Of a DNA stretch of 64,000 nt, positions 9,229 to 20,867 are shown in pieces. Each line of letters opens with the position of its first letter. The first letter of the stretch is position 1. Position numbers and translations under genes: made by a program. The DNA is from an uncultured Acidimicrobiia bacterium (GTDB lineage: Bacteria > Acidobacteriota > Terriglobia > Versatilivoradales > Versatilivoraceae), in assembly GCA_963786955.1 (NCBI GenBank), contig CAWBAT010000006.1:864001-928000 (forward strand), in the 5' to 3' direction. Below the pieces are notes generated by a model. It searched no databases. It saw nothing but the letters and a program-made list of their open reading frames with translations, and was not told where the DNA came from.

Positions 9229-9943
9229 GAGCTCGCGCGCTCTCGATCATTTCTATAATCTGCTGAACACTCCCTGAGGGGTCAGAACTGCCTGTAATCG
9301 GGCGGCCAATCACCAGGTAGTCGGCGCCCGCATGGACCGCCTCAGCCGGAGTAGCGATTCGTGTTTGATCATGAGAAGCGGATCCTGGTGGCCGGACCCC
9401 AGGGACAATGAGTTTCAAGGACTGGCCATACTGTTGGCGTAATCGCGGCAGTTCTTTGGGAGAGGCAACGACCCCATCTAATCCAGCCTTCAGCGCAAGA
9501 CCCGCAAGGAGGGCAACTTGTGTCTCCGCTTCGGCATGGACTCCAACCTCCTCTAAATCGGTGTCACTCATGCTCGTTAGCACGGTTACCCCTAGCAGCA
9601 AAGGCCTCCGAGAGCTCATCCGAGATTCTCGAACCTGTTGGGCTGCGGACTCTAACATCGACAATCCCCCCAGGGTATGAAGCGTCAGCATAGAGACGCC
9701 CATGCTAGCCGCCACCGAGACAGCCCTGGCAACCGTATTCGGGATGTCGTGAAACTTAAGGTCCAAAAAGACCTTTTCTCCCAGTTCGATAATCTCTCGA
9801 ACTATTGCCGGACCTTCGGCAGTAAAGAGCTGGCTCCCGATCTTAAATATGCCTACTTGAGCTCTGAGTTGACGCGCGAGGCTCAAAGCGATCGCCCGGC
9901 TGTCCGTATCTAGGGCAACAATGATCCGATCTTTCGTCGTCAT
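9218..9943 (-). CDS. pyrF: Orotidine-5'-phosphate decarboxylase
   Basis: IVALD, FLDLKFHDIPNTV, LGVTVLTS, VPGVRP, LVIGRPIT motifs. Confidence 0.97.
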   Translation of the reverse strand: MTTKDRIIVALDTDSRAIALSLARQLRAQVGIFKIGSQLFTAEGPAIVREIIELGEKVFLDLKFHDIPNTVARAVSVAASMGVSMLTLHTLGGLSMLESAAQQVRESRMSSRRPLLLGVTVLTSMSDTDLEEVGVHAEAETQVALLAGLALKAGLDGVVASPKELPRLRQQYGQSLKLIVPGVRPPGSASHDQTRIATPAEAVHAGADYLVIGRPITGSSDPSGSVQQIIEMIESARAPKE

Positions 9944-9985
9944 GTTCCTTCACCCCTGCACCCAAAACGAGTGCACTTCTAATGC

Positions 9986-10366
9986 TGTAGCCGGCCTCGT
10001 TGAGGCCAGCCGGGTTCACCGACCCATGAGCGCTAACTTTATAAGGCTTTCCTCGCCTGCCGCCGGAATAACGAAACGCCAAGAGCGCCAAGAAAAGAGA
10101 ATATACTTCGGTCAACCGCCTGATCTTATCCTACCCGCAGTTCTTCAGGATGGTTTCTGGCTACCCGCTGGATGCCGTCGCGCAACAAAATCACGTTCCA
10201 AATCCTTAGCTACTTTGTCGGCGGAAATGAAGGCTCCTAGTCTTGGCGACCTTTGCGTTCTTGGCGTTTCCAAATTCCGGGCGTTATCTGCTCAACCGAG
10301 GATCCCGCAATGAACCGAAGATCCAAGCTTAAGTGAGCGCTCATGGGTCAGCGCCCCCGGTTACAA
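9986..10366. repeat. Nested inverted-repeat element between pyrD and pyrF
   Basis: Outer GTAGCCGG/CCGGTTAC, then GACCCATGAGCGCT/AGCGCTCATGGGTC, then AACGCCAAGA../..TCTTGGCGTT. Confidence 0.65.
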
Positions 10367-10370
10367 CGGG

Positions 10371-11285
10371 TTAGCTGAGTTTCAAACTGCCGATCAAAGT
10401 ACTCAGACGCTCAATCCCTTGTCGCTTACAGTATCGGTGCAGTCCCTCGATGATCTTGATCGGAGCTTGCGGATCCAGGAAGTTTGCCGTCCCCACTTCA
10501 ACGGCTTGCGCACCCGCCAAGAGGAACTCCAACGCGTCTTCCGCTGTAAAAATGCCTCCGATCCCGATCACGGGAATGCGGACCGCTCGAACAACCTGAA
10601 ATACCATGCGTAAGGCGACCGGTTTAATGGCTGGGCCAGAGAGGCCCCCTGTAAGATTCCCGAGGCGGGGTTCTCGAGACTCAACGTCCACAGACATCCC
10701 CAGCAACGTGTTGATCAAAGACAACGCATCGGCTCCCGCCTCTTCAGCGGCCCGAGCAATTACTGTAATATCGGTGACGTTGGGAGATAACTTGACGATC
10801 ACGGGCAACCGCGCAATTTGTTTAATTGCGCGAACCACTTCATGGGTCGCAATAGGATCCGTACCGTAGACGATCCCACCCTTTTTCACATTCGGGCAAG
10901 ATATATTGATCTCGTATCCAGAGAGTCCTTCCGAATCATTCAGCCCATGAACCACCTCAACATATTCTTCCGGGCTGCTCCCAAAGACATTCGCGAAGAT
11001 TCGCGTATTGTACTTTCGGAGTCGCGGCAGTTTCTCCGATACGAATCGTCGAACTCCAACGTTTTGCAGACCGATCGCATTCAACATGCCCGAGGCAGTC
11101 TCATGCAGTCGGGGCGGAGGAGCCCCCTTCATTGGCTGGGCCGAAAGGCCCTTCACGACAAATCCACCCAAGAGATCCAGGTTGATCAGTTCGCTGAACT
11201 CTTCCCCGTAGCCAAAAGTTCCGCTAGCGGTGATAACCGGGTTCTTAAGCTCAATTCCAGCTACTTTCGTCGAAAGGTCCACCAT
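10371..11285 (-). CDS. pyrD: Dihydroorotate dehydrogenase (family 1) catalytic subunit
   Basis: [48 protein letters not shown] motifs. Confidence 0.96.
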   Translation of the reverse strand: MVDLSTKVAGIELKNPVITASGTFGYGEEFSELINLDLLGGFVVKGLSAQPMKGAPPPRLHETASGMLNAIGLQNVGVRRFVSEKLPRLRKYNTRIFANVFGSSPEEYVEVVHGLNDSEGLSGYEINISCPNVKKGGIVYGTDPIATHEVVRAIKQIARLPVIVKLSPNVTDITVIARAAEEAGADALSLINTLLGMSVDVESREPRLGNLTGGLSGPAIKPVALRMVFQVVRAVRIPVIGIGGIFTAEDALEFLLAGAQAVEVGTANFLDPQAPIKIIEGLHRYCKRQGIERLSTLIGSLKLS

Positions 11286-11381
11286 TGATTTCTGTCGGTC
11301 TTAACGTGGGACTTCCAAAATTCCAAGTGGGTATCTTATCAGACTGCCATTGTTGAACCTACTGATTGATCTTAGACCATT

Positions 11382-11737
11382 CTCTCGCCAAGACGCAAAG
11401 GACGCCAAGAATTAGATGGCATAGGAACCAGATTCATCGCATCACTCAGGATATTGCCCTCGCAACACATGGCCAGATTGGGCAATGTTTGCTGGAAACT
11501 TCATATTTTGAAAAACTTGCTCAAACATCCCATGGCATGGGTTGTGGACGGCCTCCCATGAATCTGTTGAGCCCTTAGAGACCTTTCCGCCCCACAATCC
11601 CTGGGACCCAACCGCATCTTAATTTAGCTTCCAACAACCCTGACGCAAGTTCATTAGGTGCTGAAAGGCTGTATTTAAAAAGATCCGACTTGAGAACGTC
11701 TCATCTATTCTCTGCGTCCTTTGCGCCTTGGCGAGAG
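11382..11737. repeat. 24-bp inverted repeat pair enclosing ~310 bp
   Basis: CTCTCGCCAAGACGCAAAGGACGC (11382-11405) vs GCGTCCTTTGCGCCTTGGCGAGAG (11714-11737), one mismatch. Confidence 0.7.
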
Positions 11738-11823
11738 GGCTTTCTTTTTCTCCTTAGAGTGCCCTCTCTAGAACAAACTAAAAATGATAATGGTATACTC
11801 ACGACCGTTGAGCGCACAACAAT

Positions 11824-14402
11824 ATGCCGAATATCGAATCCATCATTTCTCACCTTTGTCTTGAACTGCTGAGGGAAACAATCCTCGAAGCCGGCGGGAA
11901 TGAAGTCTTTTTCCTTGCCAAGCCTGATGCCGAACGTCAGATCGTTGAAATCACGCCCTTGGCCCGGGGAAATGACTCGGCAGTTCCGGCCCTGATGCAG
12001 GTAGCCACCCAGGGAGACGTGATCATTCATAATCATCCTTCCGGCCACTTAACGCCTTCCGCAGCGGATCTCTCCATCGCTTCAGAGTATGGAAACCAAG
12101 GGGTCGGGTTTTACATCGTGAACAACCCTGTTGACGAGGTTTATGTGGTTGTTGAGGCTTTCCAACGGCAAAAACTCCAGCAACTCCAATTGTCAGAAAT
12201 GGTCGAACTTGTTTCGGAGAAAGGAGCGGTCGCCCGCAAACTTAAGAATTTTGAATCCCGGCCCGAGCAACAACGGATGATTGAGGCAGTCGCTCATTCG
12301 TTCAATCATTCCAAGATTGCCTTGATCGAAGCAGGAACAGGTACCGGCAAGAGCCTCTCTTACTTGATTCCTTCGATATTTTGGGCCGTGCAGAATAAAC
12401 AGCGGGTTGTTGTTTCAACCAATACCATCAATCTTCAAGAACAGTTGATTAACAAAGACCTTCCTCTTCTTCGGGAGGCCTTAAAGCTCCCTTTCCGTTC
12501 AGAACTCGTGAAAGGACGCGGCAACTACGTCTGCTTGAGTAAAGTGGAAATGTTGGAGAAAGAAGGAGAACAGTTGATTGAGACTGAGGAACAAACGGAG
12601 CTGAAAGCAATCCTCAATTGGTCGCACAAGACAACCGACGGAAGTCGATCCGACTTAACCATCCTTCCCCGACCAGCCATTTGGGAAAAAGTGGCGTGCG
12701 AGAGCGACAATTGCGGACGAATCCGCTGTTCTCATTACAATCCCTGTTTCTTTTTTAACGCTCGACGCCAGGCGGCCTCGGCTGATTTACTGATCGTCAA
12801 CCACCACTTACTTTTCTCGGATCTAGCGATTCGTGGGGAAACGGGCCGGTACAACGATGCCGCCATCATGCCTGCCTATTCCCACATCATTCTCGATGAG
12901 GCGCATAATGTTGAGGAGGTCGCCACCGAATATTTTGGCACGCAGATATCCCGACTCGGATTCCTCCGGATCCTCGGTCGCTTTTACAGCCTCAAAGACC
13001 GGGAAAAGATCCGGGAAAGGGGGCTTCTGCCCTTTCTTCTGGCCAAACTGAAATCGGTGGAAAAGAAAATTCCCCTGAAGGATTACTTGCGTTGTGTTGA
13101 GCTGATTCAACAGCGGGTGATCCCTCAGCGCGATAACCTATCCTTCGCCGTAGAAAATTCTTTCAGTGAAATCGCCCGCTTTTTCCGAGACTCTACAGCA
13201 ATACCCTCACAGTCAAGAGCAGAAGCGAAAATACGGTTTACGGATGAACTCCGCAGACAGCCGCAGTGGCAGTCCTTAGTTCTCGTGACGGTCGCTCAAT
13301 GGATCGGGGAGATTCAGAATTTTCATCGACTGTTGCTGCATCTCGAAAAAGAGTTGCAGACCTTAGAGGAAGACGTGACCGGGCCTCTCTTCCCCCTGCT
13401 CGTGGAGCTAAAGGCCCTTACCGACCGGATCGAAACGTCTGCCTCAGTTTTGGGAGAGATCTTTGGTGAACCGGACGACAAGAAAGTCCGTTGGGTGGAA
13501 ATACGACCAGGCAAATCGGGTCCATTGATTACTTTGAAACAAGCCCCACTCAGTGTGGCTGGGCTCCTTCAAGAAAAGGTTTTTGACCGTTTTGCCACCA
13601 TTGTTATGTCGAGTGCCACTTTGACCACGAACCAACATTTTGAATACATTAAAAGCAGGCTCGGGCTTCAACGTCTTTCTCCGGAAAAACTAATCGAAGT
13701 CCTGCTTCCCTCCTCTTTCAACTATTCTGAGCAGGTCATCCTCGGAATCCCTAAGGATGTTCCCTCTCCGGATCATCCCGATTTTGCGAAGGAACTCGAG
13801 AGAACTGGTGAAGCGGTCGATCGAAATTTCTGAAGGCAGAGCGCTCGTCCTGTTCACTTCCTACTCCCTTCTACACCGCCTTTTCAAGGAATGCCAGGCT
13901 CCCCTGGAAGCGGGAGGCTTTCAAGCGCTGATGCAGGGTCAAGCGCCCCGCCATCGCTTGCTGGAAATCTTTCGAGGGATGCGACCAGTGTTCTGTTTGC
14001 GACCGACAGCTTTTGGGAGGGAGTCGATGTGGTCGGAGAGTCTCTGGAAAATGTCATCTTGACCAAGCTGCCTTTAGCGTGCCTAAGGAACCGGTCATTG
14101 AAGCCAGAGTGGAAGCTCTTGAGCGCGATGGTAAAAACTCATTTCTTGAATACAGTGTGCCCCAGGCCGTCATCAAATTCAAACAGGGCTTTGGGCGTTT
14201 GATCCGAAGTCGCGAGGATTTTGGTTCGATTATGATTTTTGACCGGCGAATTCTCGAGAAGTCTTACGGCAGGGTCTTTTTGGCGTCGCTCCCGGACTGC
14301 CAGCTTGTTTCGGGTGAAAAGGAAGTGGTGTTTGGGAAAGTGGGCGAGTTTTTCTCAATCGAAGGAAATCCCGGAAGGCCGCCACAAAAAAATGGTGAGT
14401 AA
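11824..14402 (+). CDS. dinG: DinG-family Fe-S helicase with N-terminal JAB/RadC-like domain; three frameshifts (~13800, ~13975, ~14075)
   Basis: HNHPSGHLTPSAAD JAB motif; EAGTGTGKS; Cys cluster; LDEAHN; then LVLFTSY, SFWEGVDV and KFKQGFGRLIRS in successive frames. Confidence 0.88.
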
Positions 14403-14466
14403 GCAGATTTACCAAATTCTCGCTTGCGGGACCTTCGCCGAAAACAGTTTAACCGGGAGAGTGGCG

Positions 14467-14611
14467 AGTACTGGGTTTCATAAAGACACTAGCGTATCTA
14501 CGTGCTGCCAGCAAACGGGGTGGAGCGGGCGCTCCGTCGCACGCTGAACGCGCGCGGGAGCGCGCGTTCCACCTTCAAGAATACGTGGCCATACTTATGA
14601 AACGCAGTACT
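14467..14611. mobile_element. MITE-like element enclosing a family A REP
   Basis: IR AGTACTGGGTTTCATAA / TTATGAAACGCAGTACT, same termini as the 5593-5798 family. Confidence 0.65.
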
Positions 14612-14629
14612 AAAATGTGCTGCGGACGG

Positions 14630-17600
14630 TCAAGGCATTGAAATCCGGTGGATCATCACATTGGGTCGTGTTGCCAGGATGTCATTGACCACCTTTTGAA
14701 TTTCATTGATCTGGAAGGGCTTGCCCACTACAACGTCGACACCCTTCTGTTGTGCTTGTTCGTTGTCTATCGTAATCCCCCAACCTGTCATTAAGATCAC
14801 TTGGGTGGAAGAATTGATGGATTTTACGGTGGAAGCGACCTCCCAGCCACTGACTTCGGGCATCCCCAAATCGGTGATCACCAGGTCCGGCGCATAGTTG
14901 CGGCACATTTCGATGCCTTCTTTCCCACCGGAAGCCGTGAAGACTTCATGCCCTTGCTCCTGAAACAGCTCCGCCAGCAAATCTCGAATGGGATCCTCGT
15001 CATCAATAATGAGGAATCGAGCCCTCTTCTTTTGAGGGATGATTTTCTCTTCCACCAATGGGTGGACAGCTTGCTCATTGACAGGAAATAAATTACGAAC
15101 GGTCGTCCCTTTGCCCAATTCACTATTAATCTCAATCTCCCCTTTGTGCCGGTTGATGATCCCGTAGGCCACACTCATTCCGAGCCCATTTCCCTTGACC
15201 CCTTTCGTGGTAAAGAAGGGATCAAATACCCGCCGCCTGGTCTCTTCGTCCATGCCGCGACCCCAGTCCGTTAAAACACAAAAACCTTGTTCCCAGAGGT
15301 CCCGGCTTGGATATGAATTTTCCCTCCTCCTGGCATGGCGTCCAACGCATTGAAAATGATATTGGTGAAGACCTCAATGAGTTCTGAGCGCTCGCCTGCA
15401 ATGGGCCGGACCTGCTCGTATTGAATGGAGATGTCATACTGAACTCCATTGACATGGGCGGTGTCCTCCCACCGTGTCCGGGTCATTGAAAGGGTATCCT
15501 CGATGAATCTGGATGAGATCCACGTGTTTAAATGCCTGGTCCGACTGTTTGCGCGTAAATTCCTGCAACCTTTTTATGGTGAATGCTCCGTCGACAGCCG
15601 CCTTCTCGATGATGTCAAGACCTCTTAAAATGGTCAGGTCCTGAATCTGTCCTTTCATGAGCTGCGCCCTGCCAATGATGGCCCCCAGAATGTTGTTGAA
15701 ATCGTGGGCCACCCCGGCAGACATTTCCCCCAAAGCGCGCAGTTTCTCTGACTTAATCAGCTGATCTTGGGTTGCCTGAAGGTCGGAGTAGGATTGTTCT
15801 AATTCGGTATAAAGCCGAGCATTCTTCAAGAGCATTGCCGAGCCCGCCTGCTACAGTACTGAGCAAATCGATTTGGTCACTCGAGAATCCCTCTTCTTTC
15901 GCGCTCCCTAGGTTTAAAGTCCCTAGACAAAGATCCTCCGAGATGATTGGGATGGATACCGCAGAGTGAATCCCTTGAGTGGTGAGATAAGGGGAGGCAT
16001 GGGAAATGATATCATTCAAGTTCCTCGAATAGTAAGGTTTCTTCGTTTCTACCGCGGTCTTCATCACCGTTTCGGATCCGGGGATGAGCATCCCTTTACA
16101 AAAACCCGCCGTGATGTTTTCTCCATAGACATTGACCAACTCAAATGTATCGTTTTCTGCTTGAAAGATCGCGATGCTGCATTTTTCGAAGGAAACAACA
16201 CGATTTAATTGGGTGGTAATTTTCCGGAATAGCTTATCGATATCGAGATTCAGACTAGCTTCACGCGTAATCTCATTAACCACTGCCAATCGGGTTGCCC
16301 GCTCCTCGGCTTCCCGGTAAAGTCGTGCATTCGAGATCGCGACAGCAGCCTGGTCAGCTAGGGTCGAAAGCAAATTAAGGTCGTCCTCGTCATACGCTTT
16401 TCGTTCCTGGAAGTCCTGAAGCACGATCACGCCGATCGATTTTTCATCCGGACATTAACGGAACCCCAACCCAGGATTGCGGGATGGCAATCGGCCGCTT
16501 CCCTGTTACCTCCGTGAAGATCCCTTCGTAGTGATCCAAAATGAGAAATGGGGTATGGGATTGGAGAACATGGCCGATCAGGCTTTCCGGAGACAAGGTC
16601 CGCACCGTGGACCTTTTTCTTCCCCGTGACACCTCGAATTTCACTTCAATTCGGTTCTGATCTTCTTCTAATAGGGCAATCAGGAAGTCTTCGCTTGGCA
16701 ATACGCGCGTCACCTGTTGGTAGATGAGTTCGAACAAGACTGTTAATATGGAGTTCCGAGCTGATCGCTTTACCCACACTGTTCAGCGTTTGGAGTGCAC
16801 CAGCCTTTCGTTTGATTTCTGAGTAGAGATCGGCGTTATTGATCCAGGTCGCAAGATACTCACTCAAGGCTTCCAGGACTTTGATATCCTGATCATCAAA
16901 CGCCTGAAATTTTTCACTCTCTATGGTAATGACTCCAATCGGCCTGGAAGCAGACTGGAAGGGGATGCAGAGTTGGGATCGACTGCCTTCCAGCAGTGCT
17001 TTGTCGAGAAAGGCTTTCTCTTCGGATACCGTCCTGTAATAGAGTCTGTTTGCCTGTCATGGCGCGACCCAACAGACTGTTCTCAAGTTTGGCGCGTCTT
17101 CGGGAAGGTTATTCCCAACATGATTTCCCGCCTGAGCCCGAAGCCAAGGATGGCCGAAGTCGTCCAGTGTGAAAATACTGATGTGCCGGAATTGAAAATG
17201 GCGCTGCAAGAGCCTCGCATACTCTTGGAAAACACGGTTGATATCCAGGATGGACGAGAGAGACCGGCTAATTTCGTGGATGAGCAATAGCTGAAGAGTT
17301 CGTTTCCGTTCACTTTCGAAAACCCTGGCCTTCTCCAAAGCAGCGGAGATAGGCTGGGAGAGGCTGATCAGGAATGTAAAGCGTTCCTCGGACACTCCTT
17401 CCGTTTCGTTGCCATGACCGGCAAGAAGCACGAAGGCTGTCTTCCCGTTCTCACGCAATGGGATGAGGACAACAGTCGAGGACTGCAGATGGTTCAACAG
17501 AGACATTTCACCCAAGAGTTCGGAATGGGTTCTCTTCTTGAGCAAAACGGACTCCCCGTCATCGAGCATCCCCATGAATTGGGTCTCTCTAAGGTCAAGG

Positions 17601-18443
17601 GTTTCCAAGCACCTGCACCCTTGATTTGAAACCCTCGTCACCTTCGACGAGAATGGGCTTACCAAGCTGCTGCATTTCCGAATCGAATTTAAGACAAGCT
17701 ACATAATGGAAACCCAAATTTTCCTTGATCAACCTGATGAGCGAAATAAGAGTCTTGTGCCACTCCAATCCTGATTGGATCAAGTTGCCCAGGTTCAGAT
17801 ACAAGAGGCTTCGCTCATTGTCGAGTGCTTTCAATTTTTGGTTACTGAGAGAAAGCTGATAGCGAGAGCCGTATTCTCGAAAGCGCAGCCTTTGAGCGTA
17901 ATAGGAACCGGCCAGAGCGACCAGTAGAGTTCCAATCACCAGGAAATGGTTATCGATGAAGCCACTGAAAGAAGAGGCCCCATGTTGAAGCCACAAAGGG
18001 ACGATGTAGGCTCCATACACTAAACAGAGAGTCGACGCCGACTCCAGGAAAGTAAACGGGATGATGAGGGTGACCCCAAGAATCAAAAGATTCAGTCCAG
18101 CATAGTATGGGGTGGCGCTCTCTCCTAAAAGACTAAATGAGATTGATAGGCAGCAGGCGATCAGCAGCGCACCGACCATGCCCCATAGCCGAACAAACTT
18201 TTTTCCCAGCGCTGGATGGATAAAGAAGACCACGGCAACCAGGATCAATGCGGTCGCTAAACGGATCGATAGGTAGGCAGGCAAGAGTTCCCGACTCACC
18301 ACCCAAAGATCAAGAACCCCAACCAGCAGCAAGAGAGCCACTCCAAAGTAACAGAAGACGCGGAGCCGTTCTTCAAAAAGAACACGGGTGTGCTCTCGAA
18401 AGGATTGCTGGATCTTTTCTTTTGGAAATTCAGCCTCGTTCAT
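14630..18443 (-). CDS. Membrane-anchored multi-GAF hybrid sensor histidine kinase with C-terminal receiver; broken by about seven frameshifts
   Basis: Consecutive minus-strand fragments: multi-TM N-terminus, repeated GAF units (LADQAAVAISNARLY), H-box GVAHDFNNIL, N-box NALDAM, FDPFFTTKGVKGNGLGM, receiver IIDDE...ITDLGMP...KPF. Confidence 0.85.
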
Positions 18444-18785
18444 GAAGATCCTGATGTTGCGCGCAAGTTAGCACAATCGAGACCGTGAGACAAATAACGC
18501 TCCTGGTTCAGACACCCAATCGAAGGATACTGCTGACTTAAATTTAGAAAAGGAATGCACCCTTCATTCACGAAGGCTTTTGTTCTTCTCGCTGATTCTG
18601 CATGAATTATCGGCACTTTAGGAATATGAAATTAGAAACCTGCCTTCGTCAGGAAAGTCGACTGCCTAGGACACGGGAACACGGCCACCAACCATTGAAT
18701 GGTTTTCCTGGCAGCTGCTGCTTGATTTTCCTTCCACTCGAAGGAAGCGTGCTCCATCCCGGGTTGAAATGAAAGGGCTAAGAAA

Positions 18786-18801
18786 TGGCACAGTGCCTGC
18801 A
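18786..18801 (+). promoter_or_regulatory. Putative sigma54 promoter
   Basis: TGGCACAGTGCCTGCA matches TGGCAC-N-TGC with GG-N10-GC spacing, ~57 nt before ATG 18858. Confidence 0.55.
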
Positions 18802-18857
18802 TAGATGATTCTGGAAATTGATTCCAAGCACTTAAAGGAATCGAAAGGAGCTCTTCC

Positions 18858-19592
18858 ATGATCTACGCATCGGTCGGAACTTTGAGGGGAATTGAGGAAG
18901 CAGAATCTTCTCCCCCACCTGCAAACAATTTTAACGAAGCCCCACGAGAACAAAATGGATTTTTGACCGCTCTCGAAAAGAAGACGTTACATTGGATGGT
19001 AGAGAGGATTCCGCCCTGGATCAACTCGGACCATCTAACGGCACTCAGCTTCCTGGCCATGATCTTTGCTGGGGTCAGTTATAGTCTTAGTGCAAGTCAC
19101 TCGAAATATCTCTATGCGGCAAGCGTTTGCATTATCGTGAACTGGTTTGGAGACAGTCTCGACGGCACTCTGGCCCGTTATCGGAACAAGCTGCGGCCGC
19201 GCTACGGGTTCTATGTAGACCATATCCTTGACACATTCAGCACTTTCTTTCTTCTCGGAGGGCTTGCCATTTCCGGGTATATGAGTCCCCAAGTAGCCGG
19301 CCTTCTCCTCATTGCTTACTTAATGCTATGTATTCAGGTCTACCTGGCCACTTATGCGATTGGGAAGTTCAAGATGTCCTTTGCCTGGTTCGGCCCGACG
19401 GAATTGAGATTGCTTTTGATCATTGGAAACTTCGCGCTCCTTTCCAATCCCCAAATCACAATCCTGGGGTATCCAGTCCTATTGTTTGATCTGGGAAGCG
19501 CGGCAGGGATTGTGATTATTACAGTGATCCTCGTCCTTTCTTCGGTGACAAACATCGCTTTTCTTTACAAAAAGGAGAAGATCGCAAATTAG
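18858..19592 (+). CDS. CDP-alcohol phosphatidyltransferase family protein
   Basis: DSLDGTLAR...RYGFYVDHILD signature (DxxDGxxAR...GxxxDxxxD), multi-TM; RBS AAGGAG. Confidence 0.92.
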   Translation: MIYASVGTLRGIEEAESSPPPANNFNEAPREQNGFLTALEKKTLHWMVERIPPWINSDHLTALSFLAMIFAGVSYSLSASHSKYLYAASVCIIVNWFGDSLDGTLARYRNKLRPRYGFYVDHILDTFSTFFLLGGLAISGYMSPQVAGLLLIAYLMLCIQVYLATYAIGKFKMSFAWFGPTELRLLLIIGNFALLSNPQITILGYPVLLFDLGSAAGIVIITVILVLSSVTNIAFLYKKEKIAN

Positions 19593-19754
19593 AAAATGAG
19601 GAGAGCCGTTCTGGGGGGAGTTTTCGCCGAGACCGAAGGGCCTTCGACAAAATGTCCGATATCCAAGGAACGGGGCCTCTGGCTGCGGAAAGGTGTAGTC
19701 CTTTGGAGGCGTGTCCCCTCCGGTTTGTGGAGCAACTCGAGTGGCCACACGAAC

Positions 19755-19814
19755 GGTAGGGCGGTCTCGCCGAGACCGCCGCACATTCGGCGCGCTAGGC
19801 AAGCGCGCCCTACC
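19755..19814. repeat. GTAGG-type REP element
   Basis: GGTAGGGCGGTCTCGCCGAGACCGCC...GCGCGCCCTACC; similar to 7720-7779. Confidence 0.75.
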
Positions 19815-19904
19815 CTGCAGACAATTACTCAATCTAAAAACTAAAAGGCCGCACATTGTCAAAGGGGACTCGAAGAGTTCGCCGGGTTTGCTGCATGGTT
19901 TGGT

Positions 19905-20867
19905 TCAGCTCGCTTCCGCTTTCCATCCGTAAGTTTCGTAGCTCCAGCGAATCCGGTCTTCATCGATCGTATAAACCGCAAATCCTTCCGGATGACCCAT
20001 TCGCGGGCCTCTCCACCAGTTACCGCACACTGCGCCAGAGGTAATGATCTGCTCATTCTTGTAGCCATGCTCTTCGACAATATGAACATGCCCTTGCAAG
20101 ACCAGTCTGACATTAAATCCAGAGCAAAACTCCAGAATCTCCTTGGCGTTTCGAATGACAATGGAAGCAGGCACCGCTTCTGTTGATCCGGATTGAAGAG
20201 TGGGCAAGATAGAGAAAAAAGGGATATGACTGACTAAAATAACCGGGCGTTCCCTCCCTACCGAATTGAGGTCCTTTTTGAGCCAGTCGAATTGCGCGTC
20301 ATCAATCCCTCCTTCGTAACTCAAGGAGGCCGTGACTTGGATGGAGTCTAACAGCACAAAATGCCAATCCCGGAAGTCAAAAGACCGGTAGGTTTTCCCT
20401 CCCCCCAAACGGTTCGCGAACATTTTCTTTCCATATTCTGGGTGGGTGGGACTGACTGGAGGCTTGGAAGCCACTCCGAACAAGTCGTGATTCCCTAGAA
20501 CGGAATAGACTGGGAAGTTGATGTCCTTCACAATTCCGCGGTACAACTCGTAGAGCTGATCGGCTCGGGAATACTCTTGTTCGAAGGCATCCATCACTAA
20601 ATCCCCACCCGCAATAGCCAGCACCGGTTTAGGTTTCAGCCGGTTCATCGTGAGGACTGCTTGTCGGAAACCCTGGGCTGCCCTCAATTCCGGCTGAACG
20701 TGAATATCGGTGAAATGCACAAAACTCCAGCGATTCTTGTTTGCTGAAGATTCGGTCTCGGCCGGTTGGGGAATGAGGAGGTTTCCGAAATACGCGCCGG
20801 GAAGGATCAGGCTTTGCCGGAGGAAGTCTCGTCGTTGAATAGAGGGGTCCTTACGCTTCTGGTTCAT
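19905..20867 (-). CDS. Tat-exported calcineurin-like metallophosphoesterase
   Basis: RRDFL Tat motif; DIH, GGD, GNHD, HIP, GHVH motifs. Confidence 0.92.
   Translation of the reverse strand: MNQKRKDPSIQRRDFLRQSLILPGAYFGNLLIPQPAETESSANKNRWSFVHFTDIHVQPELRAAQGFRQAVLTMNRLKPKPVLAIAGGDLVMDAFEQEYSRADQLYELYRGIVKDINFPVYSVLGNHDLFGVASKPPVSPTHPEYGKKMFANRLGGGKTYRSFDFRDWHFVLLDSIQVTASLSYEGGIDDAQFDWLKKDLNSVGRERPVILVSHIPFFSILPTLQSGSTEAVPASIVIRNAKEILEFCSGFNVRLVLQGHVHIVEEHGYKNEQIITSGAVCGNWWRGPRMGHPEGFAVYTIDEDRIRWSYETYGWKAEAS

Noticed and set aside
18471-18485. Minus-strand CGGTCTCGATTGTGC as a sigma54 promoter for the kinase
   Set aside because: Only the GG-N10-GC skeleton matches; too weak without other evidence
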